Below are positions 35,939 to 44,811 of a stretch of 46,574 nucleotides of DNA, one piece after another. Numbering within the stretch: position 1 is the stretch's first letter; each line of letters opens with the position of its first letter. The stretch comes from Candidatus Zambryskiibacteriota bacterium (lineage in GTDB: Bacteria > Patescibacteriota > Minisyncoccia > Phycocordibacterales > DATDWN01), in contig JAPLZY010000009.1 in assembly GCA_026394775.1 (NCBI GenBank), positions 1 through 46,574 on the forward strand, in the 5' to 3' direction. The position numbers were made by a program, and so were the translations under genes. Under the pieces are notes generated by a model. It worked only from the letters and a program-made list of their open reading frames with translations. It ran no database searches and was not told where the DNA came from.

Positions 35939-37069
35939 TTACTTTTTCAAAATCACATCACTGAGTGTTTTGGTGAGACCTGGGGCTATGTCTGCATTAA
36001 ATGTTGTGGCAAATGAAGCGCTATTCGAAGCAATTGAAGAGATGGTAGTGTTTGCATTTTTGATCAGGTCTCTGTTGATATAGGAAAGTGTAATCGCTCT
36101 AAGTTCACGTGCTCCTGTGGTATCTCCATCTGAGCTTGTAGAGATAAGGCCGATAAGGCTACCGGTGTTGTTGACCACAGCACCTCCTGAAGAACCTTTT
36201 TGGGCAACAACACTTCCGCCAAGGGAGATGAGGTCTACAGTGTTGTCTCCAAAGGTATAGCGGTCAGATACGTTTATTATCGCACTACTTTGATATAACC
36301 CTTGGACAATACTCTGTCCACCTAAAAATCCAGCAGGGTATGAGACGAGTACAGCAGGTGTGCCTATTTCTGTAAATTCAATTAAGTCTGGAGATATAAA
36401 AGAAAATGAAGGGGGGAGAGGAGTTTTGTCTGTACGACCAGTGATACGCAAAAAAGCGTAGTCGTATTCACCTGTTCCTTTAGGGCTTGCAAGTAAAATA
36501 TCTTTTTTATGCTCAGCTATCCATCGTGGTGAGATATACGCCAACTCTGCTGTGTATGCTGGGTACGCTGGGTTTCCAGTGCGTATAGTGCAAGAAATAA
36601 AATCTTTTTTATTATTAAAATCTTTAAGGAGGAAATATTGAGCAACATGGGCATTGGTGAGGATCAAGCCATCACTACTTACGATAATACCGCTTCCAGT
36701 GATCGGGGAAAGGGCTCCGCTTGATTGTGTTGTGCAGAGAATATTAACCACTGCTTTACGAGCAGTTTCGTTGATGGTTTCAAAGGGGATAGTTGGTTTT
36801 GTGGCTACTGGAGTGATAGTAATCGGCGTTACTACAGGTTCTTTTTTTGGAATTGAAGATGCTTTTGGGAGCGGTTTTATTGCAGGTTTGGTAGCTTTTG
36901 GGGTGGTGATTGCTACTGGTTTGACCAATGCTTTGTCTGGGGCGCTTTGTGAGTTGGTGGCTACGGGGTTTTCTGTGTTCGGCAAAACCACAGGCGCTTC
37001 GGTTGAAGTTTGGATTCCAAATATAAGCCCGAGAAAAAGTATGATTTTTGTAATCAAGTTGAGAATCAT
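35939..37069 (-). CDS. Secreted trypsin-like (S1) serine protease
   Basis: GSGIIV, ILTNAHVA (His), YDYAFL (Asp), GSSGGAV (Ser); signal peptide and Pro/Thr linker. Confidence 0.9.
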   Translation of the reverse strand: MILNLITKIILFLGLIFGIQTSTEAPVVLPNTENPVATNSQSAPDKALVKPVAITTPKATKPAIKPLPKASSIPKKEPVVTPITITPVATKPTIPFETINETARKAVVNILCTTQSSGALSPITGSGIIVSSDGLILTNAHVAQYFLLKDFNNKKDFISCTIRTGNPAYPAYTAELAYISPRWIAEHKKDILLASPKGTGEYDYAFLRITGRTDKTPLPPSFSFISPDLIEFTEIGTPAVLVSYPAGFLGGQSIVQGLYQSSAIINVSDRYTFGDNTVDLISLGGSVVAQKGSSGGAVVNNTGSLIGLISTSSDGDTTGARELRAITLSYINRDLIKNANTTISSIASNSASFATTFNADIAPGLTKTLSDVILKK

Positions 37070-37166
37070 AGCTGTATTATATAACTATTTTCAATTGCCG
37101 AATACATTTTTTTTTGATAGGATAATGGAGCTTACATAAGTAGAAGTTTCCATAAGGGGACTTGAC

Positions 37167-37237
37167 GCGGGATTAGTTTAGTGGTAGAATGACGCACTTC
37201 CAATGCGTAGACGGGAATTCGATTTTCCCATCCCGCA
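37167..37237 (+). tRNA. tRNA-Gly(UCC)
   Basis: GCGGGAT/ATCCCGC, anticodon ACGCA-CTTCCAA-TGCGT, T-loop TTCGATT. Confidence 0.92.
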
Positions 37238-37238
37238 C

Positions 37239-37278
37239 AAATAGTAAAAAACCGGCTTTTGCCGGTTTTTTACTATTT
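37239..37278 (+). terminator. Intrinsic terminator after tRNA-Gly(UCC)
   Basis: AAATAGTAAAAAACCGGC-TTTT-GCCGGTTTTTTACTATTT. Confidence 0.8.
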
Positions 37279-37430
37279 GACAGGGATGGAGCAAGAGTGC
37301 CTGCGCGCTCTTACGTGAGAATTGGACTGACCGCAGCTATGTTTTTCTACCAAGAAAAACAAGCGAGGTGGGGCCAGCAGAAATTTGTGAGCGACGGCGA
37401 GCAAATTATCTGGGCTGCGATTCTCCTGTC
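37279..37430. other. Multi-hairpin non-coding element downstream of tRNA-Gly
   Basis: Closed by GACAGG/CCTGTC. Inner stems AAGAGTGC/GCGCTCTT, GAGAATTG/CGATTCTC, GTTTTTCT/AGAAAAAC, AATTTG/CAAATT. Confidence 0.6.
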
Positions 37431-37494
37431 CTTAGCTAAGCATAGACTTGATTTTTAATCTAGATAATGTTAAGTTCACTTCGGAGACAGATCA

Positions 37495-37707
37495 ATGGAA
37501 CTAACTAAGGAAGAAGAACTTTGGGTATTAAAGAGAAGAGTGCTTGAGCTGAAAGGAGATAGGTTCGCTAGGCTCAGAGCACAAAACAACAAGGGTCTGC
37601 CGGGGCATGCGGTATGTCCTCGGTGTGAGGTTGAAAGCGAAGAGTGGGGGCAGACTCGGATTTGCCCACACTGTTCTAATAAGGGCTCTGATCCACAATA
37701 CGACTAA
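37495..37707 (+). CDS. Small zinc-ribbon protein
   Basis: CPRC...CPHC; GGAG upstream; hairpin downstream at 37721-37740. Confidence 0.6.
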   Translation: MELTKEEELWVLKRRVLELKGDRFARLRAQNNKGLPGHAVCPRCEVESEEWGQTRICPHCSNKGSDPQYD

Positions 37708-37800
37708 AGTATGAATTCGGGGACTAATGCATGTTAGTCCTTTTAACGTAAATATACTTTAACGATAGAACAAATAACACCTCAGTTGAGGTGTTATTTG

Positions 37801-38574
37801 TTATTTATTTTTCAAACTTTTCGCCCCAATCCACGCCAGCTCAAATGTTTTCTTCATTGCATCAGCAATTTCAGCACTTTCTATAATAATACCCAGTTGT
37901 TCTCTCCAGGATGCAATCATTACTGTATCATTATAAATGTTTATTTCGGGGTGAAAACTAAATGTTTCTGTCGGTACTAAAACAGATTCTCGTTTCTCTT
38001 TTGTATCAAAGGCTTGCAGATTTCTTGCTTCAGGTGAATCAGGAAAAATTGCTCGGATTGATATCCCTTTTTCGGCTCTTCTTTTGTAATACGAAGGAAA
38101 ATAGTGGGGAAGGGTTTTGTGGACATCGTCGACACTTGCGTACGCAAGAATTTCTTCCTTAGATGCCAAAGTATCCTCGTACACTTTCTCTAATCCTTCT
38201 TTTCCTTCATAAAAAAGTATTTTAGGACGGTTGTCTTTGTTATGCATAGAAGTAAGTTCAGGAATCACTTTCTGCGCTTCTTTAATATACACCTCGTAAT
38301 CCTCCTTCTTTTTTGTAAGAAGTTTTTCTATATGTTCAGGAGATTGTGCAATGTATTCTTGTTTCGGCTCTTTACCAGAGACTTTTACCATTTCTTTTGC
38401 TTCAAGAGAGGTGAGTACGTGGTACCCGCTCGGGCGATTGATACCAGCTTTTCTAGCTATTTGTGTAACTGTACCTTTCCCAAGTTCAAGAAGCGCCAAA
38501 TACACTAAAACTTCTTTATGGCTGAAGCCGATAAACTCAAGAGTTTTAATAAGAGAGTAATGTTCATTATTCAT
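37801..38574 (-). CDS. TrmB-family transcriptional regulator (second paralog)
   Basis: GFSHKEVLVYLALLELG...IARKAGINRPSGY; FYEGKEG; IYNDTV...IIES. Confidence 0.9.
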   Translation of the reverse strand: MNNEHYSLIKTLEFIGFSHKEVLVYLALLELGKGTVTQIARKAGINRPSGYHVLTSLEAKEMVKVSGKEPKQEYIAQSPEHIEKLLTKKKEDYEVYIKEAQKVIPELTSMHNKDNRPKILFYEGKEGLEKVYEDTLASKEEILAYASVDDVHKTLPHYFPSYYKRRAEKGISIRAIFPDSPEARNLQAFDTKEKRESVLVPTETFSFHPEINIYNDTVMIASWREQLGIIIESAEIADAMKKTFELAWIGAKSLKNK

Positions 38575-38739
38575 AATAATAGCTTATTATAAAGCTTAAA
38601 ATTTGTCAATAACTATCAACAAAATATTTAATATTCTATTACACCTATATAAATATAAGTATTATGGATTAAATTTGATTATATATATTGACAATAAATA
38701 TAATAATGATACAGTGAGTTGTAGAAGGAGGAGATTTTA

Positions 38740-39216
38740 ATGGCAAATGATAGTGCCCAAAAACTCCGGTTCGGTAAGGTGAGGGGGCATAACCGTCTCT
38801 CGCAAAAAGAAGAGATTGAAATTGCACAAAAAAAACTCACTGAAATAGAAAGAGAGCTCAGTTCAATGTTAATGCTAGTCGCAACGAAAAGTTTTGGAGA
38901 AGTTGTGGCTAGTCTAAATCAACAACGATTAAACTCACTTGTGTGGGTTTACACTGAGCTTCAGGGGGTGAAGATTGCCAATAATATTCATATAGCTGCA
39001 ATGAGAATTGGTTTACGGACCATACTTGCTATTGCAGATAAAGCCGCCCTCAATGCTTCATTCTTGGGAAAGCTTCTCAACTGTGAATCAGGTGGTGGGT
39101 GGAACATAAGCCAGGTTGTAAGGATAGCAACTGCGATAGGAATAGATCCTCGAACAATGCTACTCTCAGATCTCACTGAGCTGATTAATGAGGAGGATAA
39201 GAAATATAAAAAATAG
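38740..39216 (+). CDS. Hypothetical protein with possible C-terminal XRE-like HTH
   Basis: IADKAALNASFLGKLLNCE...VVRIATAIGID; GGAG RBS and TTGACA upstream. Confidence 0.6.
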   Translation: MANDSAQKLRFGKVRGHNRLSQKEEIEIAQKKLTEIERELSSMLMLVATKSFGEVVASLNQQRLNSLVWVYTELQGVKIANNIHIAAMRIGLRTILAIADKAALNASFLGKLLNCESGGGWNISQVVRIATAIGIDPRTMLLSDLTELINEEDKKYKK

Positions 39217-39288
39217 ATTTTCTTTTACAAAAAAGCACCATTTCTGGTGCTTTTTCGCTATTCTCTAGAGAATACTACTATTTCAATA

Positions 39289-39561
39289 TTACTTTACCGC
39301 ATCCTTCAAACCCTTAGCTGCTCGAAACTTAGGCACTTTCATAGCAGGAACAGAGATAGCTTCACCTGTTCGTGGGTTTCGAGCCTGTCGTGCTGCTCGA
39401 GTCTTTGTTGAAAAGATACCAAGACCTGCGATAGATACTTCACCACCTTTTTTCAAAGTATTCACAATACCGTCGATCATAATATCCACTATCTTTTCAG
39501 CCTGTACTTTAGTACCGCCGAGCTCTGCGTATACTGCTTCTACCATTGATGCTTTATTCAT
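39289..39561 (-). CDS. hup: HU DNA-binding protein
   Basis: MNKA..., VSIAGLGIF, ARNPRTGE, PKFRAAKGLKDAVK. Confidence 0.96.
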   Translation of the reverse strand: MNKASMVEAVYAELGGTKVQAEKIVDIMIDGIVNTLKKGGEVSIAGLGIFSTKTRAARQARNPRTGEAISVPAMKVPKFRAAKGLKDAVK

Positions 39562-39657
39562 GAATGTTGTAAACTAAATTTATAATCTCTCGAAATACCC
39601 TATCTACTATATTCTTATTATATACCAAGGCTTTTCGAGCGCAAGGGGTTGACTACA

Positions 39658-39745
39658 ATACGAAAATTATGCGAACTATACGAATAGCTACGAATGAATT
39701 CATTCGTAGCTATTCGTAGATTTGTATTATTCGTTAATTCGTATG
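39658..39745. repeat. TACGAAT/ATTCGTA inverted micro-repeat array, copy 3
   Basis: Perfect 40-bp palindrome TACGAATAGCTACGAATGAA/TTCATTCGTAGCTATTCGTA at 39679-39718. Confidence 0.9.
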
Positions 39746-39746
39746 T

Positions 39747-41276
39747 TTACCTCGCGTACTCAATCGTTCTACTCTCACGAATCACATTAACCTTAATCTC
39801 TCCCGGATATTTCAATTCATTTTCGATTCGTGTTGCTATGTCTCGTGCAAGTTTCTTTGCCTCTAGGTCAGTTACATTTTCAGGAGTCACAAAAACCCTT
39901 ATTTCTCGGCCTGCTTGGAGAGCATATGCTTTTTCCACACCTTTACATGATGTTGCAATACCTTCAAGTTCTCCGAGTCGTTTCAAATAGTTTTCTACGG
40001 AGTCACGGCGTGCGCCAGGGCGACTTCCAGAGATCGCATCAGCTGACTGGACGATGATAGACTCCACTGTTTCATATGGGTATTCTTCATGATGTGCCTG
40101 CATTGCTTTGATCACAGCTTCATCCACATTAAATTTCTGAAGAATTCGTCGGCCGATTTCCACATGTGTCCCAGCTACTTCATGGTCGAGCGCTTTTCCG
40201 ATATCGTGCAAGAGTGCACCTGCTTTAGCCACTTGAACATTTGCACCGAGCTCTGCGGCGAGCATGCCTGCAATATGAGTCATTTCTATGGAGTGAGCTA
40301 AGACGTTTTGTCCGTAGCTCGTACGGAAATGGAGCCGACCGAGGATCGCTACTACCTTGGGGTCAAGATTCAAGATCCCACATTCGTACACCGCTTCTTC
40401 ACCTTTTTCTTTAATCACTTTGTTGATATCCTCTTGTGCTTTTTGCACCATTTCCTCGATTTTTGCAGGCTGGATTCGGCCATCAGCGATCAATTTTTCG
40501 AGCGCCATTTTTGCAACCTGACGTCGTACTGGGTCAAAAGATGAGATAGTGATAGAGCCGGGGGTATCATCCACTATTACTTCCACACCACTCATTCGTT
40601 CAAATGCTTTGATATTTCTACCTTCTTTTCCGATAATCTTACCCTTGATCTCATCTGAAGCGATAGGAACACTGGTGGTGAGCATGTCGACTGAAACTGA
40701 GTTGGCAAGGCGTTGTATAGAAGTCGCCAAAATATCCTGAGCTTTTTTCAAGAGTTGTTCTTCGCCATTTCGCTCAAGCTTTTGCATACGCGCTAAAATA
40801 TCCGCTTCGTATGCGCGTTCAGTACTTTCTAAGATTTCTTTCTTTGCTTCTTCAGGAGAAAGGCGAGCAACTCGTTCAAGTTCGGCCTGGCGCTCTTCTT
40901 TTAGTTTGTCTGCTTTGTCTCTGATTTCCTTTACTTCAGTGATCTTTTCTTTGATCATGTCCACTTCAGAGTCAATATCGATCTGACGCTTGTCGAGCAT
41001 CTCCTCTTTTTTAATGAGGCGATCTTCAGTCTTTTTAGCTTTTTCTTCTTTTTCTTTGACCTCTATTCGAACTTCTTCACTTATTTTATTCGCTTTACGT
41101 TCCGCTTCTTCAATAATCTCTTTTTCTCTGTTCTTTGCTGCAAGTTCCATTTCTTTAAGTTCGAGCTCCATTGAGCCGCGTTTTCCAAGAGAAATGATCA
41201 GACGCAGGTAGTATCCTAAACCAAGCCCTATCATGGATGCGAGAGCCACGAGGAGCGCTACTATTTTTAATGACAT
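39747..41276 (-). CDS. rny: Ribonuclease Y
   Basis: N-terminal TM, coiled coil, KH domain (KGKIIGKEGRNI), HD domain (LLHDIGK), SRPGAR, QAGREIRV. Confidence 0.97.
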   Translation of the reverse strand: MSLKIVALLVALASMIGLGLGYYLRLIISLGKRGSMELELKEMELAAKNREKEIIEEAERKANKISEEVRIEVKEKEEKAKKTEDRLIKKEEMLDKRQIDIDSEVDMIKEKITEVKEIRDKADKLKEERQAELERVARLSPEEAKKEILESTERAYEADILARMQKLERNGEEQLLKKAQDILATSIQRLANSVSVDMLTTSVPIASDEIKGKIIGKEGRNIKAFERMSGVEVIVDDTPGSITISSFDPVRRQVAKMALEKLIADGRIQPAKIEEMVQKAQEDINKVIKEKGEEAVYECGILNLDPKVVAILGRLHFRTSYGQNVLAHSIEMTHIAGMLAAELGANVQVAKAGALLHDIGKALDHEVAGTHVEIGRRILQKFNVDEAVIKAMQAHHEEYPYETVESIIVQSADAISGSRPGARRDSVENYLKRLGELEGIATSCKGVEKAYALQAGREIRVFVTPENVTDLEAKKLARDIATRIENELKYPGEIKVNVIRESRTIEYAR

Positions 41277-41725
41277 ATATACGCACGGTAACGACCATCT
41301 TACACAGAAGCCTAAAAGAATATGATTTCAGGGACAAGTGGGTACATTCAGAGTTTCAGTCAAGGCGGGAAGAGTAAAACAGTCAATTACACAAATTTAA
41401 ATGGGTAATGCCTACACAATATAATATAATTTTATTTTTGTCCAATTTGAGCCGAAAAACCACCACCCGTGGCCTTTGGTGGTGGTTCTAGAGTAGGTCT
41501 CGTCCAAGTGTTGAGATGTGGGGAGGTGCTATAAGGCTTGCGGTCGCTTGATTCATTGTCCAAACGCGTATACCATCAACAACCTCCATTTTAAATCCAG
41601 TCTGAGTAAGAATATTATCAATCTCAGACAAGCTACCTGAGTAAAAAAATAGGGTTCTTTTACCAGGATTTTCAATCTGTAATATAAGCACAGGTACATT
41701 CCTTCCTAAAATCTAGCATATCTTT

Positions 41726-42298
41726 TTACAGCACTTTGTCAATAATTCCGTATTTTTTTGCCTCTTCTGCTGACATGTAGAAGTTTCGATCAGCATCTTT
41801 TTCAATCTTAGATAGTGTCTGACCAGTATTTTTAGCAAGCATTTTATAGAGAGTTTCGCGTATTTTGAGTATGTTTTTTGCTGTAATCTCAATATCTGAG
41901 GCCTGACCTCCCATACCATCAAGTAGTGGTTGATGAATCATTATTTCAGAGTTTGGTAGAGCAAAACGCTTACCTTTTTCTCCAGCAGACAGGATCATTG
42001 CGCCCATTGATGCAGCCAGGCCGACACAAACTGTGGAAATACTGTTTTTCACGTGATTCATCGTGTCAATAACCGCTAGACCAGCAGTAACAGACCCTCC
42101 AGGAGAGTTTATGTAAATAGAAATGTCCTTTTTTGGGTCTTCAGATTGTAAGAAAAGAAGCTGGGCAATGACGAGGTTTGCCACATGGTCGTCGATCGGA
42201 CCACCGAGAAAGATAATATTGTCCTTAAGGAGGCGTGAATATATGTCGTATGCACGTTCGCCGTTGGTTGTTTTTTCAATTACTGTAGGGATAAGCAT
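41726..42298 (-). CDS. clpP: ATP-dependent Clp protease proteolytic subunit
   Basis: DIYSRLL, YINSPGG, AASMGA, IMIHQP. Confidence 0.97.
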   Translation of the reverse strand: MLIPTVIEKTTNGERAYDIYSRLLKDNIIFLGGPIDDHVANLVIAQLLFLQSEDPKKDISIYINSPGGSVTAGLAVIDTMNHVKNSISTVCVGLAASMGAMILSAGEKGKRFALPNSEIMIHQPLLDGMGGQASDIEITAKNILKIRETLYKMLAKNTGQTLSKIEKDADRNFYMSAEEAKKYGIIDKVL

Positions 42299-42394
42299 GT
42301 GTGTGGTTGATTGTTGATATGTTAACTATTATAGCAAAAGAAAAAAATTACACCAGGACTTTTACTTTATCTAAAAATATCGCATAATCAATAG

Positions 42395-43096
42395 ATGCGA
42401 CTTCATCGATTTTATATTACAGACACAATAGAAGAAAAAAGTGTCATTATTACAAACAGAGACTTGATCCATCAGTGGAGAAAGGTATTTCGATACAATG
42501 TCGGTAGTCAGGTGATTGTATTTAATGGAAGTGGGGTAGACTGTCGGTCGACTATTATGAAAATGTCTGCGTCCGAAGCAGAGCTTTCTGTGCTTGAAAC
42601 AAAAGAAACTCCACCGTCTGGGAAAAATATGTGGCTCTGTCTTTCTTTGATCAAGAAAGACAACTTTGAGCTGGTGGTGCAAAAAGCAGTGGAGCTTGGT
42701 GTAAACAATATCGTACCGATTATTTCCGAGCGAAGTGAGAAAAAGAAAATAAACACAGAGCGTTTGGAGAAAATAATCCTTGAGGCTACTGAGCAGTCAG
42801 GAAGAGGGGAATTGTTGAAAGTTCATCCACTTATGACACAGAGTGAGTTGTTGGAAAGTGAAGTGTTGCCACAAGAGAAAATTTTTTTTCATCCAGGGTA
42901 TCCGCCAATACAAGAATATCTCTCGTCCAATAATACTCAGTATTCATATGCATATTTTGTAGGCCCAGAAGGAGGATTTAGTGAGGAAGAAATTGCACTC
43001 TTTAAAACATATAATGTTTCTGGTTTTTCTTTAGGTCCTCTTATTTTAAGAGCAGAAACAGCAGCGATAGCGGCATCAGCACTATTTTTATTATAA
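42395..43096 (+). CDS. rsmE: 16S rRNA m3U1498 methyltransferase
   Basis: VQKAVELGV, EATEQSGR, VGPEGGFS, LGPLILRAETA. Confidence 0.95.
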   Translation: MRLHRFYITDTIEEKSVIITNRDLIHQWRKVFRYNVGSQVIVFNGSGVDCRSTIMKMSASEAELSVLETKETPPSGKNMWLCLSLIKKDNFELVVQKAVELGVNNIVPIISERSEKKKINTERLEKIILEATEQSGRGELLKVHPLMTQSELLESEVLPQEKIFFHPGYPPIQEYLSSNNTQYSYAYFVGPEGGFSEEEIALFKTYNVSGFSLGPLILRAETAAIAASALFLL

Positions 43097-43115
43097 AGGG
43101 TATTAAACCTTTTCC

Positions 43116-43196
43116 ACTCCCTACAGGAGCAGTACACCTTGATTACCTGAGTACAGATAATCAAGGTCTTGCGAAGTGAGGTCACTCACTTCTCAC
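43116..43196 (+). repeat. Structured repeat family 3, copy C
   Basis: CTCC-CTACA-GGAG / GTAC / ACCTTGATTA..TAATCAAGGT / CTTGC / GAAGTGAG-GTCA-CTCACTTC / TCAC. Confidence 0.88.
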
Positions 43197-43287
43197 CTCA
43201 GTTCAAAAATACAAAAGAATACTTTTGTATTTTGCTCACCTTACGTCGTGAATAAAAAAACCGCAATGACTGCGGTGTTTTTTTGCT

Positions 43288-44358
43288 TTACTTTTGTTCC
43301 TCCAAAAATTTAAATACAAGGTCATTTGCGAGGAATGTCTCGACATACATGCGCACACGGAAACGTTCAGCGTCTTTATACTCTGAGAGGATTTTGTTCA
43401 TTTCTTGTTTCACCACCTCCTCTTCAGGTTTAATGCCTTCATCACGCGCCACAGTGTTGAGGATGATTTGAGATTTTGCTCGCTTTATCGCCGTATCTTT
43501 CCATTCTGTCTTTAAGTCACTTTCTGTTTTTTTGATATGCGCTAAATAGTCTTCAAATTTGATATTTGATTGGGCAAGGTCGTCTTGAAACTGAGCTTTC
43601 ATTTTTTCAAGCTCTCCATCGACAATAACCTGAGGAATTTCTATTGTAGATGCGGTAATAATCTCTTCGAGTACCTGAGTTCGTTTTTTATCTTTTGCTT
43701 TAAAAGTTTTTTCTTTAAGTAAATTTTCTTTTATCCGACTTGTGAGGTCTTCTACTGAAGCAAAGCCACCGATCTCAGAGAGAAAATCCTCATTAACTTC
43801 CGGGAGATGTTCGTCCGTAATCTCGCCATGAGAGTGGTCGTGTTCATCTAGTCCTTCGGCTTCATGCATTTTTGCATGAGCTACATTGGCACGGAGTTTT
43901 TGTATAACATCGTTTACTTCTTTTTCGGTCACTTCAACAGCTTCTTCAGTGCTGAATATTTTTTTTGCGATTTTTGTGTAGTCCCCAAGTTTCACTTCGG
44001 GCATCAGTGCGGTTTTGATTTTAAATCCAAGAGGGTTTCCAAGACCAATTTTAGTGATAATAACTTCTGGTTTACCGATCGGGTCGATCTTGAGTTCAGA
44101 AATAATGTCAGGGTAGACTGCTTCGAGCGCCATTTCCCCAGCTTCTTCAAGGATTTTAATATCTCCAATCTCAGAAATAACTAGATTTTCTGGAGCATTT
44201 CCTTTGCGAAAACCAGGGAGAGTGATCTCTTTCTTCAAAGAATCGATTGCTTGCTTACGCATCGAGCCCATTTTCTCAGAAGTAATTTCACCTGTTATCT
44301 CCACCTCTTGTAGGGGGAGTCGAGTAAGATTTAGGTTTGTATAGTCTTTTTTTGACAT
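43288..44358 (-). CDS. tig: Trigger factor lacking the PPIase domain
   Basis: Ribosome-binding motif LPGFRKGNAP; only 356 aa; His/Asp-rich linker leads straight to LPEVNEDF. Confidence 0.9.
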   Translation of the reverse strand: MSKKDYTNLNLTRLPLQEVEITGEITSEKMGSMRKQAIDSLKKEITLPGFRKGNAPENLVISEIGDIKILEEAGEMALEAVYPDIISELKIDPIGKPEVIITKIGLGNPLGFKIKTALMPEVKLGDYTKIAKKIFSTEEAVEVTEKEVNDVIQKLRANVAHAKMHEAEGLDEHDHSHGEITDEHLPEVNEDFLSEIGGFASVEDLTSRIKENLLKEKTFKAKDKKRTQVLEEIITASTIEIPQVIVDGELEKMKAQFQDDLAQSNIKFEDYLAHIKKTESDLKTEWKDTAIKRAKSQIILNTVARDEGIKPEEEVVKQEMNKILSEYKDAERFRVRMYVETFLANDLVFKFLEEQK

Positions 44359-44380
44359 TTTAAATAAATATATGGGTTAG

Positions 44381-44425
44381 TGAATATACGAATGATACGA
44401 ATTTTTACGAATAATGCAAATATTT
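44381..44425. repeat. TACGAAT micro-repeat array, half copy
   Basis: TGAATATACGAATGATACGAATTTTTACGAATAATGCAAAT. Confidence 0.7.
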
Positions 44426-44479
44426 TTTCATGCAAAAACTCCTCTTTCGAGGAGCTTTTGTCTGAGAGTAAACTGAGAT

Positions 44480-44803
44480 TTACTGTAATTCGGCACCAAG
44501 TCCTGAAGTCTGAGTTGCTTGTAGTTCAGCTTCGAGAGATGCAGTATCGTCTTGTGCGCTTACTGCTTGGATCACAGCTGCTTCCTGTGAAGCCACTTGT
44601 TCCTGGTTCATAAGAGCAGTTGCTTCCTTCTGGTTATTGATTCGTTTGCCCCAGAAATATAAACCACCGAGGATAATAAGAGCAATGATTATCACAGTGC
44701 CTACAATACCACTCGTAGATGATTTTTTTGATTCATCAGGCATCATTGGTGCAGGGTTTGTATCCATTGGTACTGAGGTTGTGTTTTGTGTTTCGTTTTC
44801 CAT
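44480..44803 (-). CDS. Small single-pass membrane protein
   Basis: GIVGTVIIIALIILGGLYFWG TM helix; acidic C-terminus. Confidence 0.75.
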   Translation of the reverse strand: MENETQNTTSVPMDTNPAPMMPDESKKSSTSGIVGTVIIIALIILGGLYFWGKRINNQKEATALMNQEQVASQEAAVIQAVSAQDDTASLEAELQATQTSGLGAELQ

Positions 44804-44811
44804 AGTTAATA

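Noticed and set aside
41488-41691. 67-aa ORF between clpP and rny
   Set aside because: GTG start and no recognisable family. It may be real (a hairpin follows), but support is too thin.
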